This document shows, piece by piece, positions 47,519-56,289 of a stretch of DNA of 64,000 nucleotides (position 1 is its first letter; each line of letters opens with the position of its first letter). The position numbers and the translations under genes are program-made. The stretch lies in NCBI GenBank assembly GCA_002030045.1, contig LQBI01000024.1, positions 202,848-266,847 of the forward strand, written 5' to 3'. The notes under the pieces were generated by a model. The model saw nothing but the letters and a program-made list of their open reading frames with translations, had not been told where the DNA came from and did not search any database. This DNA is from Candidatus Aegiribacteria sp. MLS_C (GTDB lineage: Bacteria; Fermentibacterota; Fermentibacteria; Fermentibacterales; JCC-6).

Positions 47519-48430
47519 TCACTTCCCGGCCCATTCCCTCATCTCCACGGTAGGCTTCTTGTAGATGACGGGAGACGATAGAGCATAGGCGTAGAAAGTC
47601 TTTGCTTCGCTCTCCATGTAGTCGATGATCTCCTGCTGGTCTATTCCGGTGAGCAGGTTCATCCTCCTGGCGATCATCGTCCTTATATCCAGATGGGGTT
47701 CGGTTATCAGGTCGACCGATGGGCCCGCACAGCCGGCGCAGGCCACTCCCTTGTTGGGACACTGGGCCTGGCAGCGGTCGAGTGTCACGGAACCCAGGCA
47801 GACCACACCCTGGCTCAGAAGGCATACATCCTCTTCGAGCGCCACGGAGACGCCTCTCTGGAGTTTGACACCCTCCCTCTTCTCCATTCTCCGCCTGCAC
47901 GCGGAGCAGACGGTCCTGGCCTTCAACTCCGGTGCCTTGGCTCCGATCAGCGTCTTGAGAGCAAGCGCTATATAGTAGGGATGAGGGGGACAGCCGGGTA
48001 CGTAGAAATCGACGTCCACCGCCTCGTCGATGGGGATGACGCTCTGCTCGAGTTCCGGGGCTCCCTCGGGCATGGCGCCGTCCCTGGAGGCTGTGACGGT
48101 GCCCTTGTAGATCTTGTCCAGAATCACACCCTTGCGGTAGAGCCAGCCGATCCCCGACGGGCCTCCATAGACCGCACAGGTTCCGAAGGCCACCAGCTTC
48201 TTGCAGCTCTCCCTCATCTTCATCAGACAGTGCCTGTCGTGTTCGCTCCTTACGGCGCCCTCGACTATTCCCACGTCGGCTTCGGGATAACCCTTCTCGT
48301 CCATCAGGACGGGTATTCTGACGAACTCGACATCCTCCACGAGATTGAGGAGTTTCTCATGCAGGTCCACCATGGCAACATGGCAGCCCGAGCACCCCGA
48401 CAGCCACTCGGTCGATATCCTGGTTTTCAT
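47519..48430 (-). CDS. [NiFe] hydrogenase small subunit.
   Basis: N-terminal LSGCSGCH proximal-cluster motif. GCPP and C-terminal Cys clusters (CQAQCPNKGVACAGC). ATGA overlap with the upstream gene. The longer ORF 47519..48817 is an over-extension. Confidence 0.85.
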   Translation of the reverse strand: MKTRISTEWLSGCSGCHVAMVDLHEKLLNLVEDVEFVRIPVLMDEKGYPEADVGIVEGAVRSEHDRHCLMKMRESCKKLVAFGTCAVYGGPSGIGWLYRKGVILDKIYKGTVTASRDGAMPEGAPELEQSVIPIDEAVDVDFYVPGCPPHPYYIALALKTLIGAKAPELKARTVCSACRRRMEKREGVKLQRGVSVALEEDVCLLSQGVVCLGSVTLDRCQAQCPNKGVACAGCAGPSVDLITEPHLDIRTMIARRMNLLTGIDQQEIIDYMESEAKTFYAYALSSPVIYKKPTVEMREWAGK

Positions 48431-48915
48431 CCTTTGTCCTCCAGTATCATTTCCTTCAGGCATGCGTTGGGTCCGGCATGAAGGATCTCCAGATGGACTT
48501 TCTTGTCGGGCATGACCTTCTCCATGGCGCCCGCGAAGACGCCGTGGGCCATGTAGCAGAGTGATTCCTTCTGTTCGTGGGCGTAGCGGAACAGAGCGTT
48601 CCTGACCATGCAGGTATTGAATGTGAGGCGCATCACCTCTGTCCCGTCCCTGTTCTCGATCAGCTGGTCCCGCTCGCCCTTGAACGGCCGGAAGTCCCAG
48701 ACTATGCCCCGCTTCTCCAGCGCCTGCCTCAGCAGCTCGACCGCCTTGACCGGATCGTCGGTATGCTGAACGTCCTGCACCGCCTCCCGGCCGAACTTCT
48801 TGCCGGCCAGCATGCATATTGAATGGCTGCTCTGGCCCAGGTTCTTCTCCGAAGCGTGCGCCAGCGCACCCAGCAGATATGCCACTCCGTGAAGCCGATC
48901 CAGCATTTCTGCCAT
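48427..48915 (-). CDS. V4R-domain (COG1719-like predicted hydrocarbon-binding) protein.
   Basis: 162 aa. LCYMAHGVFAGAMEKV V4R-like CxxxxGxxxG pattern. First gene of the hydrogenase string. Confidence 0.45.
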   Translation of the reverse strand: MAEMLDRLHGVAYLLGALAHASEKNLGQSSHSICMLAGKKFGREAVQDVQHTDDPVKAVELLRQALEKRGIVWDFRPFKGERDQLIENRDGTEVMRLTFNTCMVRNALFRYAHEQKESLCYMAHGVFAGAMEKVMPDKKVHLEILHAGPNACLKEMILEDKG

Positions 48916-48953
48916 GTCGCCCTCCTAATCTGTTGTCCCTGAAAGGACGCCCG

Positions 48954-50453
48954 TCAAGGCCGAAGAGCCTTCATGGCCGATTCGAGCTTTCCCTGGTTCA
49001 GGAAATCCAGGGCGTTCCTCAGTTTTTCTATCTCCTTCGAATCGGTCCTCTTCTGCTGCAGCTGCTCTATCCGGTCGGCGACTGCCAGCTTCAGGGTCTC
49101 TATCTGGTTCTCCACCGACTGGGCGGACTCCACCATGGAACGGTACTTCTGGGTACCGGCCGCCGCCCCTCCCCCCCCTGTCTGTCCTGTCTCCTCCTCG
49201 AAGATGTGTTCGTCCGGTATCTCCGGAGGTTCCCGGCGGTCCTCGAGGTCCATGGCCGGCATGCGAGCATCTGTCCGGTCCCGCTGCGTCTCAGCGACGT
49301 CCTCGGTTCCCGGTTCCGCAGTTACGGTTTCCTCGGGTTCCTGCGGCGAAGCATCCGGCAGAACGGTTACGACCGGCTCCTCGGGTATAACCGCGGCATC
49401 CTCCTCATAACCCCCGGATGCTCCCCCGCGGTTCTCCTCGTCTATGTCGACAACGATGTAAGGCGTGTGTGTGACGGAGGCGTGCTCGATCTCGGGAGCC
49501 TCGTGCACGTTAAGCTCCGAGGCTTTGGGCCGCGGCTGGTCCCTCCTGCTCACCTGCATGAAGTTAAGTATATCCTTCACTATCTCGAGAGTTACTTCGT
49601 GGCCGGGTCCCAGCATCTGGGCCAGGACCATCCTTCCCGCAGCCTTCAGCTGCCTGACGTTCAGCTTCACGTTGGTCGCGATGTATTCGATTATCTCATC
49701 GTCAGTCTTTATCCCCGTCTGACTGAAAAGATTGCTCAGTATCTCCTTCCTGCCCTCCAGGTTCACTGTCTCCAGCTTGATCACCAGACCCGAAGTGAGC
49801 CTCGAGTAGAAAGAGGCGTCTATGTCCAGCAGTTCGCCGGGATGGACGTCGGACGAGGTGATGATGCCGTGTTTCCCCCTGGGCATCCTGTTGATCACGG
49901 AAATGATGAACTTCTGGAACATCATGTCTCCCTGGGAGAACTGGATGTCATCGAGAAGAAGCAGGTCGAAGGTGGTTATCCAGTCCCGGAGTTCCCTTTC
50001 TATGCCGGCTTTCAGGCACTGCTGGTACTCGATGTGCAGGTCGACGGTGTTGAGGATGAGGGTACGTTTGTGCGTAGCCCTGGAGATAGCGGCCAGGAGA
50101 TGCGTCTTCCCCTGCCCGGTATTCGCGTGCAGCATGACCGGAGTAATACTCTTCCAGACCCTGGGAATAAGTGCGATGGTGCGTGCTATCTCGGTGGCGT
50201 AGTAGTTCTCTTCGGTGGTCACGTAGTTGTTGAAGGTCATGTCCTCGGGGTAGGTGCTGACCAGGGTGGCCGCGAAGTCGTCGGTGCTGTGGAGCTGCTT
50301 TCCGGTCAGCCTTGGTACCGCCCCCACACCGCCTATTGCCTTGGCGAAGTTTATGATCTCCCTGGCCACCTCCTCCCCTACGAGTCCCGAATCCGAACAG
50401 ATCTCCAGGAATTCCTCGAAGTGCAATTCACTGAGGTGGTCCAGTTCCTTCAT
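48954..50453 (-). CDS. DnaA-like AAA+ ATPase lacking the DnaA-box-binding domain IV; acidic/coiled-coil C-terminal tail.
   Basis: TFNNYVTTEENYYATEIARTIAL, Walker A ANTGQGKTHLL, LLLDDIQF (Walker B), FYSRLTSGL (sensor/box VII). No HTH domain IV. C-terminus EEDAAVIPEEP...coiled coil. Confidence 0.65.
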   Translation of the reverse strand: MKELDHLSELHFEEFLEICSDSGLVGEEVAREIINFAKAIGGVGAVPRLTGKQLHSTDDFAATLVSTYPEDMTFNNYVTTEENYYATEIARTIALIPRVWKSITPVMLHANTGQGKTHLLAAISRATHKRTLILNTVDLHIEYQQCLKAGIERELRDWITTFDLLLLDDIQFSQGDMMFQKFIISVINRMPRGKHGIITSSDVHPGELLDIDASFYSRLTSGLVIKLETVNLEGRKEILSNLFSQTGIKTDDEIIEYIATNVKLNVRQLKAAGRMVLAQMLGPGHEVTLEIVKDILNFMQVSRRDQPRPKASELNVHEAPEIEHASVTHTPYIVVDIDEENRGGASGGYEEDAAVIPEEPVVTVLPDASPQEPEETVTAEPGTEDVAETQRDRTDARMPAMDLEDRREPPEIPDEHIFEEETGQTGGGGAAAGTQKYRSMVESAQSVENQIETLKLAVADRIEQLQQKRTDSKEIEKLRNALDFLNQGKLESAMKALRP

Positions 50454-50467
50454 AGCCTCTACATCCG

Positions 50468-51160
50468 TTACTCTCCGCCAAGTTCACGTGTTATCCTGCC
50501 CAGCACCATGGAAAGTCTTCCCAGCTTGATCTCGGGTCCGGTGGCGATCACCACGGTCTTCTCCGTATCGATCCCGGCTATGGCGAGGGAGACGCTGTCA
50601 CCCTCGATGAAAGCCTTGCCCGTAAGACCTCCCGGATACTCCGCCACGAATCCCTTTACGGAGCCCATGAAAGGCTCCAGCATCTGCATGAATCTCTCAT
50701 CGACCCCGGACCTGGCAAGGAGCTGTCCTTCAGGGGTCATCATGCATATGTAACCTATGCCGGGAATGGTTCCCAGGAGCTGGTCCAGTTTCGAGGACAG
50801 CACCCTGTCGATCTCGACGGAGAGACCGGCAGAGCTTGCAACGCCATCCTTCTTCCTCTCGTCGCGTTCCTTCAGGGCCCACATCAGTATATGGTGGAGG
50901 TCCTCCTGAATACTTGTCTCATCGGGTTCTATACCGGATTCGAAACTGAACTGGCCCTCGCTCCAGTCGACTATGTCCACCAGCACGTCACGGCCCTTCT
51001 TCTTGCCGTAACGGGCATGGATGAGTTCGCCCTTTCGGTAGAAGAACTCGGCCTTGCCATCGATGGATATGACCGTGAGCAACCCCGTCTTGCGGCTGGA
51101 ATTGGGGAACTGCAGGAGGGAGACGAAGCCGATGTCGCTCAGTGTCCCGTTAATGGGCAT
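50468..51160 (-). CDS. DUF4388 (PatA-N-like) domain fused to a roadblock/LC7-like domain.
   Basis: N-terminal GTLSDIGFVSLLQFPNSSRKTGLLTV...GELIHARYG. The C-terminal half has a roadblock-like fold pattern. Confidence 0.55.
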   Translation of the reverse strand: MPINGTLSDIGFVSLLQFPNSSRKTGLLTVISIDGKAEFFYRKGELIHARYGKKKGRDVLVDIVDWSEGQFSFESGIEPDETSIQEDLHHILMWALKERDERKKDGVASSAGLSVEIDRVLSSKLDQLLGTIPGIGYICMMTPEGQLLARSGVDERFMQMLEPFMGSVKGFVAEYPGGLTGKAFIEGDSVSLAIAGIDTEKTVVIATGPEIKLGRLSMVLGRITRELGGE

Positions 51161-51170
51161 TCAGTTCCTC

Positions 51171-51755
51171 TCAAAGTATTCGAAAACGGTTGATTATCTC
51201 CTTGCTTATCAGCTGAAGGGTCCTCATTACGCCTCTGCCCTCGGTGGCTATGGACTCAGTGACCGGTATGCCCTCGATGCCGAGTTCCTTCTCGAGGATC
51301 CCCAGTCTAAGCCTGGGATTGCAGTCCCTCTTGTTGTACTGCAGCACTACCGGGAAACCGTCGGGGTCGATTCCGTGGCTTACCAGGTTCTCGTTCATCA
51401 GCCTGTACATCTGGATGTTATCCTCGAGGCACTCGACCCTGGAATCGGCCACGAAGACGATGCCATCGGCTCCCTCGAGGATGATCCTCCTGCTGGCCTC
51501 GTAGTATATCTGCCCGGGTATGGTGTACAGGTGGAACTTGAGGGAGTAGCCCTGAACCGTCCCGAGGGATACCGGAAAGAAATCAAAGAAGAGCGTCCTT
51601 TCCTTCTCTGTGTCCAGCACCAGCATATCACCCTTGTACCTGTCCGTCAGCGTCCTGTGTATGAACAGAAGGTTCGTCGTCTTGCCGCTCATGCCCGGAC
51701 CGAAGTACACTATCTTGAAGACGATCTGCTTCTCAGCCGGATCCAGATGAGGCAT
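51171..51755 (-). CDS. mglA: MglA-like Ras-superfamily small GTPase.
   Basis: KIVYFGPGMSGKTTNL (P-loop), LYTIPGQIYY (switch II), DGIVFVADS, LQYNKRD (NKxD). Confidence 0.8.
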   Translation of the reverse strand: MPHLDPAEKQIVFKIVYFGPGMSGKTTNLLFIHRTLTDRYKGDMLVLDTEKERTLFFDFFPVSLGTVQGYSLKFHLYTIPGQIYYEASRRIILEGADGIVFVADSRVECLEDNIQMYRLMNENLVSHGIDPDGFPVVLQYNKRDCNPRLRLGILEKELGIEGIPVTESIATEGRGVMRTLQLISKEIINRFRIL

Positions 51756-52245
51756 CGTCCTCTTCACCAACCACGAAGATCCTGTCGATCAGGTTGAGAG
51801 CGTACTCCCGGAACTCGGGCACCGAAAGATCCTCCGCGTCCTCCTTCCTGGTCCTTTCCCTGTTCTCCAGTATCCTCAACAGGTCCGGTACTATGGACCT
51901 GGCCTCGTGTCTCACCCTGCCGATCCTTGTGTAGTCCTCGAAGACCACCACCATCATGTACCTCTGGCCGATGAGGGAGATGTGAATGTGCCTCTTCTCG
52001 CCCTGCTGAAGAAGTATCGAGAACTGCTCCTCGCCTACTATGTTAGCCACTTCCCGGGTTGCAGCGAACATCCCAGCCACCAGGGCGGCCAGGGCGGTGG
52101 AGTTGAGGCTCTCGGTGCTTCCGGCCTTGCCAACGCACATGCCTTCCCTGCTGATGAGAAGCGCCGTGACTGCCTCGGACCGCTCCACCAGACTGGACAG
52201 CAGTGTCGTGAGAGCCTGTGCATTACCGCTTCCGGGTAACTGCAT
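51733..52245 (-). CDS. Roadblock/LC7 domain protein (MglB-like).
   Basis: VTALLISREGMCVGKAG...MMVVVF roadblock pattern. Confidence 0.6.
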   Translation of the reverse strand: MQLPGSGNAQALTTLLSSLVERSEAVTALLISREGMCVGKAGSTESLNSTALAALVAGMFAATREVANIVGEEQFSILLQQGEKRHIHISLIGQRYMMVVVFEDYTRIGRVRHEARSIVPDLLRILENRERTRKEDAEDLSVPEFREYALNLIDRIFVVGEEDDASSGSG

Positions 52246-52268
52246 TCGATCCTCTCTCGTTCTTTCGA

Positions 52269-52625
52269 TCAGAGGGCGGCTTCGAGCTTGGGTACGCTTC
52301 TCCTGACCTGAAGACGGATACCGCCGAGGTTCGCGTCCTTGACGGCCACGATGGCCAGCAGTGCGTCCCGGCCGAGTGCCGTCATCATGACTATTCCACC
52401 CTTGTACTCCATCATGGCCTGGTCCATCTCCTCCAGACCCAGTTCACGTCCCACGCTCTCGGCGGAACCCATGCCGGTGGACACCATAGCGCCGATAGCC
52501 TCGGTGTCGGAGGATCCCGCGGAGGCCGCATCGATGACAAATCCATCACGGCCGACGCATACGGCCACATCTATGCCGCTCACCTCGACGAGTCCTTCAA
52601 GGATCTTGTGGAGTTCTTCCATTTT
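52269..52625 (-). CDS. Roadblock/LC7 domain protein (MglB-like), second copy.
   Basis: GIDVAVCVGRDGFVIDAAS...ALLAIVAV. AAAGGAAG RBS before the Met of MEELHK. Confidence 0.6.
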   Translation of the reverse strand, partial: KMEELHKILEGLVEVSGIDVAVCVGRDGFVIDAASAGSSDTEAIGAMVSTGMGSAESVGRELGLEEMDQAMMEYKGGIVMMTALGRDALLAIVAVKDANLGGIRLQVRRSVPKLEAAL

Positions 52626-53011
52626 GCTTCCTTTCCGTAGTTGTACCGAGCAAGCCTGCTCTGTAAGAGAACCTTTCGTACATTCCACAATTCAGTGTAC
52701 ATATTCTTCACAGCCGGGGGTTGAATGTCCAGTGCCTCCAGCAGCCCGATTGAAGCGCCCGGGCAGTCGGTGTACCCAATTCGGGGTCTAGCCTTCTCCC
52801 TTTTCCTGAGTATAGTAATGAAAGCTGAGAATGAATCTCGAAGCAGCGCTGAAACGACAGGAGGCTTATTTACGTACAAATTCCCGAACAGCAGTATGAT
52901 GCGCTTTTCAGGGAGTTTGCGCCGGAATAATCGATTCATGTTGTTTGAAGAGCAGGCAAGCGCCTGCGCAGGACCGTTCCCGGTACACCAGCTGAATATG
53001 GAGGTTGCAGC

Positions 53012-53452
53012 ATGGCTCTTACCATTATACTCGCGTTACTGGTCTCCTCTCCCGGTGAGGGAACCTTTGAACTCGGCGGAATACTGGGTGAACCCTCCGG
53101 CATCTCGCTGAAGTACTGGCTGGGAAGCCACACCGCATTCGACGGCGCCGTTTCCTGGTCCCTCAGGGATGACCGCGGCGACGACTTATATCTGCACGGT
53201 GACTTCCTGTGGCACGATTTCGGTATCATCGAGGACGAGAGCGGCGACGTGCCTCTCTTCTACGGGATCGGCGGAAGGGTAATACTCGATGAGGACGATA
53301 CCAGGCTGGGAGCCCGTTTCCCGGTGGGGTTCTCCTGGCTTCTGGGAGGAGCGCCGCTGGACTTCTTCGTGGAGATAGCCGGGGTCATCGATCTGGTACC
53401 CGACATGGATTTCGACGTTAACGGCGGCATAGGGATCAGGTACGTCTTCTGA
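53012..53452 (+). CDS. Small outer-membrane beta-barrel protein (OmpW/opacity-like).
   Basis: Signal peptide. Alternating beta pattern. C-terminal ...GIGIRYVF. Confidence 0.45.
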   Translation: MALTIILALLVSSPGEGTFELGGILGEPSGISLKYWLGSHTAFDGAVSWSLRDDRGDDLYLHGDFLWHDFGIIEDESGDVPLFYGIGGRVILDEDDTRLGARFPVGFSWLLGGAPLDFFVEIAGVIDLVPDMDFDVNGGIGIRYVF

Positions 53453-53471
53453 GACCGGCTGGCCGATGCGG

Positions 53472-53987
53472 TCAGGTTAGGTCCCTGAGACCCACGCTCA
53501 GAATCGAGGCCAGTTCCTCCGCCACCCGAAGTGCCTCCTCCCTGCTTCCAAGACGGGCGACGCTGAGGGTGGAGGCGGGAGAAACCGCCAGGATCCGGTA
53601 GACTATCCCGGCGAACGAGCCCGATGCGGCAGGGGAGCCGGGACCGTGCAGTTCCAGCCGCTCAACATCGGCGGTGCTGAGTTCGCCTTCACTCGATCTC
53701 AGGGTCCCCCCCATGTAATCAACGCTCACGGTGCCTGACCCGGAGAACCTCTTCCTGAGCAGGACTATCAGAAGAACGTCCATCGGCAGGACCATGAAGA
53801 GGATCACGGGTACGATGTATATCTGTTCGGTGTTCCCGGACCTTCTCATCAGAAGATAGATCACCGCCGCTATGGCGATGGTGATGAAGGCGGAGAACAC
53901 CAGTGCGAAGGTTACGATCCTGCCAGTCCTGGAGGCAGAGGCCGGTCTGTAGACATATTGTCCGCCGTTTTCGGCGAAATACCTCAT
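53472..53987 (-). CDS. Hypothetical membrane protein.
   Basis: Two TM helices. Confidence 0.35.
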   Translation of the reverse strand: MRYFAENGGQYVYRPASASRTGRIVTFALVFSAFITIAIAAVIYLLMRRSGNTEQIYIVPVILFMVLPMDVLLIVLLRKRFSGSGTVSVDYMGGTLRSSEGELSTADVERLELHGPGSPAASGSFAGIVYRILAVSPASTLSVARLGSREEALRVAEELASILSVGLRDLT

Positions 53988-54051
53988 GATTCGCCTTTCA
54001 GATGGATGGGAATCCCGGGGGCGCCTGAGCCCGCGGGATTCCCACGGGCTC

Positions 54052-54615
54052 TCAGCCCCTGGGGCAGACGGGAAGCACAGTCCTGCCCCTGGAGCCGTTG
54101 ATGACCTCTGCTGCCGCCAGGTATATGGCCGACGTTCCGCAGATGATACCCTCCAGGCCCGTCATTACGGTGAACCACCCGGGCATGGGGAACCAGTGCC
54201 CCAGCGCGAGCAGCCAGAACAGGACCGTGAGACTCAGGAAGACGAACTGAAGGGCCACATTGGTCTTCCACGATGCGAACCACATGTAGAATGTGAATAC
54301 ACCCCACATGAACAGGTACCATCCCAGAAAGACGGGATCGTAGTCGAACCAGCCAAAGCGGGCGCCCAGGAATATGAACACCAGGGACAGCCAGAAGAGG
54401 CCATAGCTGGTGAAGGCTGTGGTACCGAAGGTATTGCCCCTCCTGAACTCCATGATCCCCGCGAAGACCTGCGCCAGTCCGCCGTAGAAGATCCCCATGG
54501 CGAGTATCATGATGTCGTTGCCGAAGAAGCCGGCATTGTGGATGTTGAGCAGCACGGTGGTCATACCGAATCCCATGAGGCCCAGGGGGGCCGGATTGGC
54601 CAGTCTTTCGCTCAT
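54052..54615 (-). CDS. satP: GPR1/FUN34/YaaH family acetate (succinate-acetate) channel.
   Basis: NPAPLGL signature. Six TM helices. Confidence 0.85.
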   Translation of the reverse strand: MSERLANPAPLGLMGFGMTTVLLNIHNAGFFGNDIMILAMGIFYGGLAQVFAGIMEFRRGNTFGTTAFTSYGLFWLSLVFIFLGARFGWFDYDPVFLGWYLFMWGVFTFYMWFASWKTNVALQFVFLSLTVLFWLLALGHWFPMPGWFTVMTGLEGIICGTSAIYLAAAEVINGSRGRTVLPVCPRG

Positions 54616-54694
54616 ATTACCTCCATTCGACCTGTCACAGGAGTGCCCGGCGCGGCACGCCAGGTACTGCGCCGGGCTTTCCTGATCGTATCCG

Positions 54695-55942
54695 CTAGGT
54701 GCCGTACCTGGCTATTATCTCGTCCTTGCCCAGTCCGAGTATGCCGTACTTCTCCCCTACCTTGCGGAAGGCGTCCACGCACTTGTCTATGTGTTCCTTC
54801 TCGTGGGCCGCGGAGAGCTGTACCCTGATGCGGGCCTTCCCGGCGGGCACCACAGGGAAGAAGAAGCCTATGACGTAGATTCCCTCGGCGTACATGTCCC
54901 TGGCCATGTCATTGGCCAGTCTGGCGTTGTAGAGCATCACGGGTACAATGGGAGTCTCGCCCGGCCTCATGTCCAGTCCCGCCTCCCCCATCCTCTTCCT
55001 GAAGTACCCTGTGTTCCATTCCAGCTTGTCCCTGCGCTCGGTACTCTTAGAGATAAGGTCGATGACCTTTATGGAGGCGCTCACGATGGGGGGCGCCAGG
55101 GAATTGCTGAAGAGATAGGGCCTGGCTTTCTGCCTGCACAGCTCCACCAGCTCGCTTCTTCCGGAGACGCAGCCACCTGAGGCTCCGCCGAGACCCTTGC
55201 CGAAGGTGGTGGTGATCAGGTCGACTCCGTCCATCACGCCGAAGTGCTCATGGGTTCCCCTTCCGGTTTTCCCTATGAAGCCCGAGGCATGCGAATCGTC
55301 CACCAGGAGCATGGCGTCGTACTCGTTGCATAGGGCCACCATCTCGTCGAGGGGTGCCAGATCGCCGTCCATGGAGAAGACACCGTCCGTGACCACCATT
55401 CTGGTCCGCTTGTCCTGGTGGTGCTCCAGCTTCTTTCTGAGGTGGTCCGTGTTCATGTGCTTGAAGGTGTCGTACTCAGCGGAACAGAGCCTTATTCCGT
55501 CCACGAGGGATGCGTGTATGAGCCTGTCGGCGATGATCACGTCCTCCTGCCCCAGTACCGCCTCGAAGACGCCGGAGTTGGCGTCCATGCAGGATGGGAA
55601 CAGCAGGGTGTCCTCCATTCCAAGGAACTCGGAAACCCTGTTCTGGAGTTCCCTGTGAATATCCTGCGTACCGCAGATGAACCTCACCGAACTCATGCCG
55701 TAACCCCTGGTGTCCAGCCCCTCGTGAGCCGCCTTTATCACCTCGGGATGGCTGGAGAGCCCGAGGTAGTTGTTGGCGCAGAAGTTGAGCACCCGCTTGT
55801 GCGGAGCGCCCTCGGGGTATTCCACCTCGATCTCGGCGTCCTGCTGGGAGCAGATGAACCTCTTCTCCTTATAGAGACCGTCGTCCCGAATACGCTGAAT
55901 CTCATCGGTGAAAATGGACCTCGTCTTTTCGGTGAACGCCAT
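54695..55942 (-). CDS. Alpha-oxoamine synthase (KBL/BioF/SPT-like) paralog.
   Basis: LNFCANNYLGL, SVRFICGTQDIH and DDSHASGF. It is the second AOS in the window. GGAGG RBS. Adjacent to a dedicated ACP. Confidence 0.8.
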   Translation of the reverse strand: MAFTEKTRSIFTDEIQRIRDDGLYKEKRFICSQQDAEIEVEYPEGAPHKRVLNFCANNYLGLSSHPEVIKAAHEGLDTRGYGMSSVRFICGTQDIHRELQNRVSEFLGMEDTLLFPSCMDANSGVFEAVLGQEDVIIADRLIHASLVDGIRLCSAEYDTFKHMNTDHLRKKLEHHQDKRTRMVVTDGVFSMDGDLAPLDEMVALCNEYDAMLLVDDSHASGFIGKTGRGTHEHFGVMDGVDLITTTFGKGLGGASGGCVSGRSELVELCRQKARPYLFSNSLAPPIVSASIKVIDLISKSTERRDKLEWNTGYFRKRMGEAGLDMRPGETPIVPVMLYNARLANDMARDMYAEGIYVIGFFFPVVPAGKARIRVQLSAAHEKEHIDKCVDAFRKVGEKYGILGLGKDEIIARYGT

Positions 55943-55956
55943 GGATCCTCCTTCCT

Positions 55957-56205
55957 TCAGCCCAGGTGCTTCTGAACGAGCCTGCAGATGGAGTTCACGG
56001 TATCAAAGGCCTCAGGCGTGGCTTCCTCGTCGGGAAGGGTGATCCTGTACTTGCTCTCCAGGAATCTCTTCAGGGATACCATGGAGAAACTGTCCACTAT
56101 ACCCGATGATATCAGCGGGGAGTCGTAGGAGACCTCATCCCCCTCGTCCTCGTCGAGGTACTCGTCGACTATGTACTCCAGCACGATCTCCTTCATCTCG
56201 TCCAT
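55957..56205 (-). CDS. Acyl carrier protein (dedicated).
   Basis: GIVDSFSMVSL phosphopantetheine-attachment Ser motif. AAAGGAG RBS before the Met of MDEMKEI. ORF 55957..56277 is an over-extension. Confidence 0.7.
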   Translation of the reverse strand: MDEMKEIVLEYIVDEYLDEDEGDEVSYDSPLISSGIVDSFSMVSLKRFLESKYRITLPDEEATPEAFDTVNSICRLVQKHLG

Positions 56206-56289
56206 TCCGGCTCCTTTCATCCTCTGCCTGTGGAAGAGTATCCATTTCCCGATACTCGTCGGTGTTCTCTGGTCCAACAGCTCCAGTGC

